Source: Syntrophobacteraceae bacterium (GTDB lineage Bacteria; Desulfobacterota; Syntrophobacteria; Syntrophobacterales; Syntrophobacteraceae). From it: DNA of 13,033 nt. The DNA is taken from contig PLSV01000176.1 of assembly GCA_003165235.1 (NCBI GenBank), positions 1-13,033 on the forward strand, given 5' to 3'. Positions 5,823-13,033 of the stretch are shown one piece after another. Below the pieces are notes generated by a model, which did not search any database, was not told the origin of the DNA, and saw nothing but the letters and a program-made list of their open reading frames with translations. Within the stretch, counting starts at the first letter, position 1. Each line of letters starts with the position of its first letter. Made by a program: the position numbers and the translations under genes.

Positions 5823-7937
5823 TCATTTCTGGCGAAGCCATGAAGTTTGGCAAGGTATAGCATTTCCATTGAATCCAGCTTGAGGTATTGGAACAAGGCT
5901 CGCATTCGCTCCCACAAATTCCCTCTGTTTCCTCCAGCCGGGGCTGGCCACAAGATTCCTGATATTCTGTATCATGTCCTTATCCTTATTCTTTTCGCTT
6001 TCTGGAAGCTGCTCATAAGGAACGAGTAAAGGATGAATTTTTCTAGCGTCGTCTCTCTTCGGTCCGTAGCGCCATCCGTCCATGTGGCGTTCGGCCATCC
6101 AACGTCGGTGTTCCATCTCAGAAAGCTTCTCGAAAATTGTGGGATCGTTGACAGCCTGATCCAAGGGGGACAGATCCTCAGCATCACATCCGATGGTGCG
6201 AAGCTTGACAGACAAGTGGTCCGCCGACCAGCGGTTAGCGTCCTTCATGACCTCGTCCAGTTCCTCCCACAAAACCAGAGACTTATTCATTCTTTTGCCC
6301 TCAGGATAGAGCATCGGGTAAGCAGCCTCAAGTGAAAGTGCATTCAGACGAAGCAACTGTGACTGCTCCCTAATGGCTAGTTCCTGGAAAGTTTTGCCTC
6401 TCGGCAAACGGGTTGGGGCAATCAGCTTATTAAGCAGTGGCTTCAGAACGATTTTGTGCTTCTCCTGCAGACGGCCAAAAAAGTCGTGCGATTTCAGGGT
6501 ACGGTTGAGAGAGGGTATTGGGTCACGCTCGTCAAGGTGCGGAAGGCCGGAAATATCATGGGCAACGGCATGCACCAGTTCCAGCGGAGAGATCGTGGTG
6601 AAGTCATCTTTAGTAAAGGGGATTTGGGTATTGATGTATGCAGAATGGATGGTTTTGGCAAGTTCGTCTGTGACCTCTTCCATCATGACTTGGTAGCCGC
6701 AGGCATCGTCCAGGATGTTGAAGCTGTAGATATTTCGAACGGTTGTAAATTTCGCCTCCTCCCCCTCCATGAGCTTTGATAGAGAAGAGCGCATGCAAGC
6801 CACCACCGGAGTGGCGTCTGAACCGAGCATGGTGCGGACCCTCAGGGCGAGGGAAACACCGATTGAATCGTCATCAAGGGCAATGTAGACCGCCACGGGT
6901 TGACGATTGGGTGCGCCCATGATCTGCTCCGGCGAAGACAGGCATTCAGGGTCGCTATCCACAAAGCGGATTTCAACGTCTGGCACGATAAAGGAGGGGG
7001 GTGTTTTTCCGTCACCATAAACCGCAAGAAATTTCTCTGAGCTTCCCTTGATATTACGGTCAATGACGACAATTTCAAGCCGCCTCCACTCGGCGTAGTG
7101 CCCGACCCGTGCAGCCTGTTTAACGATGTTTTCGCCCATATTATCGAAGCCTATGACCACGATGGTGACGGTATCTCCGGAAAGATGTTGCTTGCGGGCA
7201 TAGAAGTCGGGGGGGTATTTTTCCATAATGACGCGGGCGGCAGTTTCGAAGACGTTGAAAATGCTGGCATCGAACTTTTCAGAGCTACTGGCAAACAGGT
7301 CGTGGCGGGCGAAGATGCTCCGCAGGCTGGAATTGGCTATATGGGTATAGCAGCGCAAATTGTTCGATTCTACCTTGCGGTCAGCCTCTGCCACATCTCT
7401 TCCTTCAAGGGTAATTTCGATGTTGGTCTGGTCATTACCAGTAATGGCAAACAGGAATTTGGCCTGGGCAGCATTTGCCGCCTCCAGCATTTTCCTGTCG
7501 GAGGCATCGCCGATCAGAACCAGCACACTACGATTCCGGCATCCGGCTATGTCGGGATGATCTTTTTGGGCCTCTATTACCACGCACCGGTATTTCTTTA
7601 CCACCAAGGTGTCAACCAGTCGCTTCCCTTTGTCACCAAGGCCGCAGATGATGACATGGCCAGTTGTCTGTCTCAGGCTGATTAAATCACACTTTGCCAG
7701 AATCTCCTTCCAGAAGGCTTTGAGTGAACCCAAGGCGGCGCCGCCTGCTCCAAGGAGCTTTGCAATCATGAAGAGGATTTTCTGTTGCTCCGGCATGCCG
7801 ACGATTATGAGAATCACACCGGCAACAACCAGCACTGCGGCAGTCAACAACATGCCGATTACCAGCCACAGCCACCAAGGGTACTTTCGTATCCAGCGGC
7901 CAAAAGCGGTATGTGGAGAGGCTATCTGTTTTTCCAT
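5823..7937 (-). CDS. Membrane-anchored protein with two TrkA-N/RCK-type Rossmann domains and a C-terminal RyR (ryanodine-receptor repeat) domain
   Basis: The 704-aa ORF has AAGGA 7 nt upstream of its ATG. The N-terminal TM segment is WWLWLVIGMLLTAAVLVVAGVILIIVG, followed by a second hydrophobic segment. The first Rossmann domain reads HVIICGLGDKGKRL...VVIE. A degenerate second one reads VTIVVIGFDNMGENI...VVIDRN. The RyR signature is EMEHRRWMAERHMDGWRYGPKRDDARKIHPLLVPYEQLPESEKNKDKD, at about nt 5946-6137. Confidence 0.9.
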   Translation of the reverse strand: MEKQIASPHTAFGRWIRKYPWWLWLVIGMLLTAAVLVVAGVILIIVGMPEQQKILFMIAKLLGAGGAALGSLKAFWKEILAKCDLISLRQTTGHVIICGLGDKGKRLVDTLVVKKYRCVVIEAQKDHPDIAGCRNRSVLVLIGDASDRKMLEAANAAQAKFLFAITGNDQTNIEITLEGRDVAEADRKVESNNLRCYTHIANSSLRSIFARHDLFASSSEKFDASIFNVFETAARVIMEKYPPDFYARKQHLSGDTVTIVVIGFDNMGENIVKQAARVGHYAEWRRLEIVVIDRNIKGSSEKFLAVYGDGKTPPSFIVPDVEIRFVDSDPECLSSPEQIMGAPNRQPVAVYIALDDDSIGVSLALRVRTMLGSDATPVVACMRSSLSKLMEGEEAKFTTVRNIYSFNILDDACGYQVMMEEVTDELAKTIHSAYINTQIPFTKDDFTTISPLELVHAVAHDISGLPHLDERDPIPSLNRTLKSHDFFGRLQEKHKIVLKPLLNKLIAPTRLPRGKTFQELAIREQSQLLRLNALSLEAAYPMLYPEGKRMNKSLVLWEELDEVMKDANRWSADHLSVKLRTIGCDAEDLSPLDQAVNDPTIFEKLSEMEHRRWMAERHMDGWRYGPKRDDARKIHPLLVPYEQLPESEKNKDKDMIQNIRNLVASPGWRKQREFVGANASLVPIPQAGFNGNAIPCQTSWLRQK

Positions 7938-8086
7938 AAGGCTATCCTTGTGTCACCTCGATGGGGTGCTCGCGGTACATCAGAACTCAGTCGCCGTTTT
8001 CGGCAAGAGCCACCTCGCCAAGCCTAAGCAAAATACCACGACTCCAGTTGCCGATCCATCATGGGAACAAACATGGCCGAATCAGC

Positions 8087-8117
8087 TAGGTTGCCTCAAT
8101 CAATCGTGCAACCTAGA
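8087..8117. promoter_or_regulatory. Perfect 9-bp inverted repeat (CTAGGTTGC N13 GCAACCTAG) upstream of the TrkA-N/RyR gene
   Basis: 8087-8095 is the reverse complement of 8109-8117. The repeat sits 150-180 nt upstream of the start codon at 7937. It could be an operator or a leader hairpin. Confidence 0.3.
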
Positions 8118-8158
8118 CAATGCGGACTCACTTACAGCCATTTCGAAAAAGGCGTCTT

Positions 8159-8215
8159 AAAAAGGTCCGTCCGGTTCATTCACAGCCAGTGGAGCCTCTT
8201 CGGACACTGCGGACC
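8159..8215 (-). terminator. Possible intrinsic terminator of the 181-aa membrane-protein gene
   Basis: On the - strand, GGTCCG (8215-8210) pairs with CGGACC (8169-8164), with an inner CAGTG/CACTG stem. It is followed directly by TTTTT (8163-8159), about 50 nt after the TAG stop. The stem contains a large internal loop, so support is only moderate. Confidence 0.3.
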
Positions 8216-8264
8216 AATGAGCAGTCGGGATTTGGATAGTCAGTGCATTGGCTTATATCGTCTC

Positions 8265-8810
8265 CTATACACCAATTCCTCTGCGCGACAGAGCCTTTTT
8301 CAGGTTAAAAACTCCCTCCTGGTCCGTGACCAAGGCTAACACCAATGGGGCTGCAAGCATGGCCAAAACTAGGCCGATTCGCCGGTTCGATGCCCGATTA
8401 CTGGCGGTTTTACCGGTCGGGGTGATGAATACTATGAAGCTGCAGATGAAAATGACCGCCATTGGCACTTTGGTGAGGAAGGCCAGCAAAGCGAGAAAGA
8501 AGTTGCCGTTGTCCTTTAAAGTACGTCCGAAAATCCAGACCAGAAGCCCATCTTCCATTGCAATAAACAGATACAAGACAAATTGACCTTCGCTTTTGTG
8601 CTCTGATGGGGAAGCCAACATACCCAGAAATAAGAAAAACACCGGAGTCAGCGAGGTCAGGAAGACAATAAAGAGATCGTTGTAATTCCTATAAATAATC
8701 GCCTTCTTCTTTAGTCCCATGACTATGCCGCAAACCACTACAGCAAGAAATAGAATCAGTGTGTACACACTAAACACATAATTCGTCCAAACCACGGGAA
8801 CTTCCTGCAC
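8265..8810 (-). CDS. Multi-pass membrane protein (181 aa, about 5 TM segments), function unknown
   Basis: The start is GTG, with AGGAGG 5 nt upstream. The ORF has repeated hydrophobic stretches (YTLILFLAVVVCGIVMGL, LTPVFFLFLGMLA, FFLALLAFLTKVPMAVIFICSFIVFI, IGLVLAMLAAPLVLALV). The stop is TAG. Confidence 0.8.
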   Translation of the reverse strand: MQEVPVVWTNYVFSVYTLILFLAVVVCGIVMGLKKKAIIYRNYNDLFIVFLTSLTPVFFLFLGMLASPSEHKSEGQFVLYLFIAMEDGLLVWIFGRTLKDNGNFFLALLAFLTKVPMAVIFICSFIVFITPTGKTASNRASNRRIGLVLAMLAAPLVLALVTDQEGVFNLKKALSRRGIGV

Positions 8811-9316
8811 TGCTTCCTCCTGTAATTGTCTGGTTTGCTATCGTTCAGGTACTTTCGAGCCCAAAAATACAAATGATGGGTATAATCACGCTAATATGTA
8901 GGTCTTTCCAGACTCTTACCAGTAAAAACCTGCTCGATGGTCTTGGTGCTTATGAAGCTTTTCCTTTTCAAAGAGGTTCAACGATAATTTCCCAATTCCC
9001 CAAAACCACCCCGCCCCATGCCTTACAGTGCATGCAGACCCATACGCCGGCAACTGGACAAAAAAGACAAGCGCCCTCTGCTGCCACACAGCTTGTTTGT
9101 CTCTTCGTCCGGTATTCCCACTTTACCACCCGTGGAAAATTGCAGCTTTGCGGGCTGCTTCCCCGCACACACGGGACAATTTACGCTCTATTGTCCAATG
9201 TTTTTGTCTTCTCCCGACATCCGGAAATTGATGAAAACATTTTGACAGTTTTTTGTATAGTTGGTCAAACACACTGCCATTAAGCGCAAAGTGGCGCCTT
9301 TTGCCGCGACGCGTCG

Positions 9317-9832
9317 TTAGCCAGAGTTTCTAAAGGCAGTTGAAGTCATTTTAATTGCATCGAACAGTTTTCTACTCGCATCTAGAGCTTTATCTGCATT
9401 TAACTGGTGCCCCAGCCACCGCAGAACTAAGCCGTCCTCGCCATCAGAGAGGGAAGAAACCTCCAGTAAGCCACGTTCAACAGAAGCCTCTCTCCCCTGT
9501 TCGATCGCGTAGTCGTCTATGTGCTCCGCCACATCACGCATTTTTTTCAAGTCCGGCAAAGCTGAGTCGAATTCCTTTAAGGCAGTTTCAACTTCCGACA
9601 TAATCGCGGGAATATTGGCTGCTAATTTGGCTGCACTACGAAATCGGGTCAGGGCGACAATCAGGAAATTGAAGTCCACGCATTTTCTCAATACAAAGCC
9701 GTCGTCTTCTGGTTCTGAGGATCGCAGGCTACAGCATTGAAGGCTAATTGACCATAACGACAGGTTTGTAAGCCTTCTAGCCCTCTCGTATGTTGCCACT
9801 GCTGTAGTTTTGATTTTAGTAGTCATGGCCAC
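9317..9832 (-). CDS. Hypothetical protein (about 169-171 aa) with an R-x4-H motif (KKMRDVAEHIDDY); possibly HEPN-like
   Basis: The ORF lies 86 nt downstream of the SEC-C gene on the same strand. The listed start is GTG at 9832, but the ATG at 9826 is the more likely start. No clear Shine-Dalgarno sequence is present. The HEPN idea rests only on the RDVAEH motif and the helical character. Confidence 0.6.
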   Translation of the reverse strand: MAMTTKIKTTAVATYERARRLTNLSLWSISLQCCSLRSSEPEDDGFVLRKCVDFNFLIVALTRFRSAAKLAANIPAIMSEVETALKEFDSALPDLKKMRDVAEHIDDYAIEQGREASVERGLLEVSSLSDGEDGLVLRWLGHQLNADKALDASRKLFDAIKMTSTAFRNSG

Positions 9833-9918
9833 AAGTATTTGTATAGTTTCTGTTAACTTCTAATAGATTACATTTAAATCGGATAAAATATGCTCCAATT
9901 GTCCAGTTATGTTGTGTG

Positions 9919-10872
9919 CTATTTTCCACAGCATTTCTTGAATTTCTTTTTACTCCCACAAGGGCATGTCTCGTTACGACCTACTTTTCTTTCTTTTTCC
10001 GGGCTCTCATGGGTACTTGGCATTGGTGTATTTTGGGTACAGTCTGATTTCGGTTCGTGGGTTTTTAGTTTGTGTTCGTAGATGACATTTCGATCTGCTT
10101 GCGATATTTTCTGTGAAATGTCGGGGAAAAAAACGATTAGCTCTCTTATCCCTCGTAAAACGTACATACGAACATCGTCTAGTATCAGGCAGATGTATCT
10201 ACGCTCAACGGGATTTTCGAGTCCTCGCCCTCGTCCCTTGTCTCCGGAACGGTAAAAACCTAAGGGCAAAGTATGTACCTGTGCCGATAAAAACTCGTAC
10301 ACGAAACGGAATGTATTTGGATTCTCCCCCATCCGCCCGATCAGTTCGTCCTGGCTATGGAGGTAGTGGTTGTTGCCCTTCAACAGTTCCTTTCGTTTCT
10401 TCTCTGGTAAGGAGAGGAAATGATGATTTTTTAAAAGTCGCCCGCGCAACTCCTGCGCTTGTTTCTCGAACCCTTCGACCTGCTCACATGAGCCGAGCCT
10501 CTCGAACATTTTTTTACGAGCCATGCAGTCATGCAGGTTGAACAGATTCCATCGGCAACCCCATTCATTAGGGGATACCCTATCGACACACAAGTAGAAG
10601 AAAGCAAGGTAGCACTCGATTAAGTTCCGAGCTAAGGATGCTACTGCGGCGAAGTCCCAATGTTCAATTCTCGCTTTAACCCAGCGGTTTCGCGGGAGCA
10701 TAAAGAGTAGGCTCATACCAGTACAGCACAGTCTTGTGAAAAGGATCGATGCCCAATAGTGGCGAGATGACGGAGAGGGACGATTTGCAGCTGCTTGGGA
10801 AGCTGCTGTGGCTATGGAAACAACTCTGTCGTATTCCTCTAAACAGGATTCATATGAGTCGGGTTGATCCAT
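9919..10872 (-). CDS. SEC-C motif protein (317 aa): helical N-terminal domain of unknown function plus a C-terminal CPCGSKKKFKKCCG zinc-binding tail
   Basis: The C-terminus TCPCGSKKKFKKCCGK is the canonical SEC-C metal-binding motif. The N-terminal segment LARNLIECYLAFFYLCVD is reminiscent of DUF5677/AbiV-like helical domains, but I have not verified this. AGGAGG lies 15 nt upstream of the ATG. The stop is TAG. Confidence 0.85.
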   Translation of the reverse strand: MDQPDSYESCLEEYDRVVSIATAASQAAANRPSPSSRHYWASILFTRLCCTGMSLLFMLPRNRWVKARIEHWDFAAVASLARNLIECYLAFFYLCVDRVSPNEWGCRWNLFNLHDCMARKKMFERLGSCEQVEGFEKQAQELRGRLLKNHHFLSLPEKKRKELLKGNNHYLHSQDELIGRMGENPNTFRFVYEFLSAQVHTLPLGFYRSGDKGRGRGLENPVERRYICLILDDVRMYVLRGIRELIVFFPDISQKISQADRNVIYEHKLKTHEPKSDCTQNTPMPSTHESPEKERKVGRNETCPCGSKKKFKKCCGK

Positions 10873-10881
10873 GAAAGATTT

Positions 10882-11073
10882 TCAATTCCTCCTAAACTGG
10901 ACAGTACAACAAAGTGTCCCGTTAATGAATCCCATTTCCCAAGGACTCGGAGCCGCCAAAGCCCTGTAAAGCGTTCGCCGCAAGACGTTGAGCGATCGAG
11001 CCACATCGTCGGAGCCCTCCATCAGTTCTGTGAGCACCCGAAAACTCGTGAAACACCCCAAAAAGCCATACAA
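10882..11073 (-). CDS. Possible small helix-turn-helix protein (63 aa or shorter), immediately upstream of the SEC-C gene
   Basis: The segment DDVARSLNVLRRTLYRALAAPSPWEMG resembles excisionase/AlpA or Fis-type HTH motifs (the ..RRTLYR.. pattern). The stop lies 9 nt before the SEC-C ATG. The start is a weak TTG with a poorly spaced SD, so this may not be a real gene. Confidence 0.3.
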   Translation of the reverse strand: MYGFLGCFTSFRVLTELMEGSDDVARSLNVLRRTLYRALAAPSPWEMGFINGTLCCTVQFRRN

Positions 11074-11903
11074 TTATCCTTTATCACGATCAAACACGCA
11101 AGGAATATACCGGTAGGCGGTTTGGGTACTCCATTTCTGGAGGCGATAGCTCTTGGGCTCAAAGCTGGCTTGATATGCAAGGACACTCTTTCAATTGGTT
11201 GCTGGATAAAAGAGTGGAAAGGTGCATCGGGTAAGGGTTGGGGCTGGAATGAAAAGCTTCAAGCGGGATATGATAGCCGAAATTGGGTCTGACCGAATAA
11301 AGTTCCTGTTATTATAGATAAAGGCGAGATACCATTATTAGTAAGTATCCGGAATCATTAGGGCAGTATCTCAATTTTGCCCTTATTTTCGAACAATTTG
11401 CCGTCACGCGGTTGCCGAACGTCGCCGCGATCAGGTTGAGGCATCTGCAGTCTCGCAAAAAGCATTCCCGTTCATGATCCACCCTCATACCTCCTTGATG
11501 GTCTCCATCATCAATACCGCTTGGGCAAGCATAAAAACTAAACATGCCTCTCCTCATCTTTGAAAAATGGGGGTGTGGAAAAACACAACCTCTCCGGATC
11601 ATACTGCAAAATTCTCTGGGTTGAAGTATCTGGAGATGGAGGCTGAACTCTCAGCGATAAAAAGCTGCCAAGTCCATTGTGCTTTACCACCTCCCGTGAA
11701 AGAAAGGGATCAGGCCTTGAAAAAGGAAAAATGGGTGAGGTGGAACGTCATAAAACACTTGAGCGAAATGATGGCGAGCGTCTCGCTGGAGAATAGACTC
11801 CAGAGAGGTCATTTGCCATCTTGAGTGCAGGCTGGTCGAGCGGTTTTAAAAATTTACAAATTCCTTTTTCAACGCCTGACCCCTTGTTTCATTCCCGTCA
11901 TTC

Positions 11904-11929
11904 CCACATTAATTCCCGCATTAATGTGG
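11904..11929. repeat. Perfect 10-bp inverted repeat (CCACATTAAT N6 ATTAATGTGG), preceded by three ATTCCC copies
   Basis: 11904-11913 is the reverse complement of 11920-11929. ATTCCC occurs at 11891, 11900 and 11912. Confidence 0.85.
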
Positions 11930-12443
11930 TGTTACCCCTTTTCGTATGCCCGCCGCCACTTGGCGTCCCGGTCCGGAGCGTACGCGGTGTCGGGCACAGC
12001 ATTCCACTCACGTTGCCCAATTGAAGCCCGGATGTTTATTTGAGCAGTGGCCCTCCGTCCCCCCTATGACAGACTTGTTAACAATACTAAACGATCATTT
12101 GCTGAAACGCTCTCGCGGACATCCCTTAGCGAGGTACTTCGCGTAGCGCGGAAGGCGACCGCTCGATGTGTCTATCATCCGCTCTGGGCGTGCGCGGGAT
12201 GCCTTCTGTGCGGAATTCCTCGATTCGTTTTAATCCCCGGGTCCCCAAATTCGCAATTCCTCAATTCTTACACCTATCAATTCCGGGTCGGGCCACGCTA
12301 AATCGGCTCCAGCCAAAGATCGATATGTAAAAAAGAGCTGTTCTGGAGGCTTAGACCGTCGTTTTCGATAGCAAAATGGTCGCTCTAAGGGAGTAGCCTT
12401 TAAAAGGATTAGTTTACCCGATGAACCCTGCATTTGCCGTTTA

Positions 12444-12881
12444 TTACTGGTTCAAACTGCTAGGATTGACGACAAATCCCTCTTTGGTTGCCGCGGACTT
12501 CAAGCGGCCGTCAAAGCAGAGGATTGTCAATCTTTCGGGATCTTCCTGGGAACCCACCAAGGCAGCCCCCAATTGACACGCGTCAGCAGCCCGCAAAGAA
12601 TGAACCTCCAGAAGCCTTAAGGCCCTCGCACGCACTCTATCAACCGCTGTGACCTCGTCGGCCCTACTCACAATGCTTGCAAGACGTTCCTTGGCTTTCT
12701 CGAATTCCTCAGCGCCTATAAGCCCATCCCTTACTCTCCGGCACAATGCACTGACCACCTCAACGCGACTCAAGCACCAGATCAGCATTCTCGGGTCATC
12801 GGCTACCACTTTGATGCAATATTCAGTGTTTTCTTCATTGATGAGCAGGGGGACGATTGCCGAAGAATCCCAGAACTTCAT
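12444..12881 (-). CDS. vapC: PIN-domain toxin, VapC family (type II toxin-antitoxin)
   Basis: The N-terminus MKFWDSSAIVPLL carries the first PIN acidic residue. Later motifs are SRVEVVSAL and AADACQLGAAL. The ATG overlaps the upstream gene's stop in an ATGA junction. Its size, 145 aa, is typical for the family. Confidence 0.88.
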   Translation of the reverse strand: MKFWDSSAIVPLLINEENTEYCIKVVADDPRMLIWCLSRVEVVSALCRRVRDGLIGAEEFEKAKERLASIVSRADEVTAVDRVRARALRLLEVHSLRAADACQLGAALVGSQEDPERLTILCFDGRLKSAATKEGFVVNPSSLNQ

Positions 12882-13033
12882 CTCCCACCTTCTCTTTCTT
12901 CGAGAAGGGCTTGCAAGACTCCCTTCCCGGCAGGCATCTTATCTTTATCAAAGAAATCAGGTGGAAAAGCCTCCCTATCCTGCGCCTTGGTGATCAAGCC
13001 AAGGCGTTCGGCCTCTTCTATCCATGCCGCTTC
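12878..13033 (-). CDS. Antitoxin partner of VapC, C-terminal 51 codons only (5' end lies outside the window)
   Basis: My own translation of the - strand is EAAWIEEAERLGLITKAQDREAFPPDFFDKDKMPAGKGVLQALLEEREGGR, ending in TGA at 12878-12880 and open to the window edge. It shows the classic 4-nt ATGA overlap with vapC. The antitoxin family cannot be told from this fragment. Confidence 0.7.
   Translation of the reverse strand, partial: EAAWIEEAERLGLITKAQDREAFPPDFFDKDKMPAGKGVLQALLEEREGGR

Noticed and set aside
5847-8160. Many + strand ORFs antisense to the TrkA-N/RyR gene (for example 6033-6335, 6373-6696, 7098-7685, 7609-8160), plus nested - strand ORFs in other frames
   Set aside because: They lie inside a 704-aa gene with strong domain signatures. 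Their translations are featureless, as expected for shadow ORFs.
8873-9283. 136-aa + strand ORF and its overlapping companions (8968-9168 -, 9018-9245 +, 9028-9231 +)
   Set aside because: The translations are low-complexity (rich in Pro, Thr, Cys and His). The ORFs have no SD and overlap each other. I treated the region as non-coding.
10113-11292. + strand ORFs 10113-10541 and 10864-11292
   Set aside because: The first is antisense to the SEC-C gene. The second has no motifs and overlaps the SEC-C start and the possible HTH ORF on the other strand.
11312-12433. Short ORFs in the ORF-poor region (11312-11602 -, 11567-11824 +, 11821-12024 +, 11825-12043 +, 11946-12146 +, 12047-12301 +, 12230-12433 -)
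   Set aside because: None has a recognisable domain or a good SD, and several overlap. Apparent peptide repeats (RIEELR and RIEEFR) simply reflect the DNA direct repeat. They could be pseudogene debris, but I cannot support a call.
12649-12993. 114-aa + strand ORF
   Set aside because: It is antisense to the well-supported vapC and antitoxin genes.
1-13033. CRISPR arrays, tRNA or rRNA genes, retron-like RT/ncRNA
   Set aside because: I saw no regularly spaced direct repeats, no tRNA-like T-arm/acceptor pattern, no rRNA-like sequence and no reverse-transcriptase ORF.

Overview
This window looks like a mosaic accessory or defence-island region. I saw no rRNA, tRNA or CRISPR array. The left edge carries the 3' part of an IS110-family transposase gene on the + strand. 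It is followed by about 1.1 kb with no credible ORF that is rich in hairpins and repeats. Every other credible gene lies on the - strand. From high to low coordinates these are: (1) a vapBC-type toxin-antitoxin pair, with the antitoxin cut by the window edge; (2) about 1.5 kb of ORF-poor DNA with a recurring AATTCC/ATTCCC motif; (3) a possible small HTH gene, a 317-aa protein with a C-terminal SEC-C zinc motif, and a 171-aa protein with an R-x4-H motif; (4) a 5-TM membrane protein; (5) a 704-aa membrane protein with two TrkA-N-type Rossmann domains and a C-terminal RyR (ryanodine-receptor repeat) domain; (6) a TIR-domain gene split by one in-frame TAG from a 214-aa continuation; (7) a small 2-TM protein with two CxxC pairs; (8) a DUF2779-type nuclease (Cas4-like PD-(D/E)xK plus Cys cluster plus DEDD-like exonuclease) with a tightly coupled 251-aa partner. 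The best candidate for an undescribed system is the TIR plus TrkA-N/RyR membrane-protein pair, which may be a Thoeris-like NAD-derived signalling module. In this copy the TIR gene looks disrupted. All domain calls come from reading motifs by eye, and none has been checked against a database.
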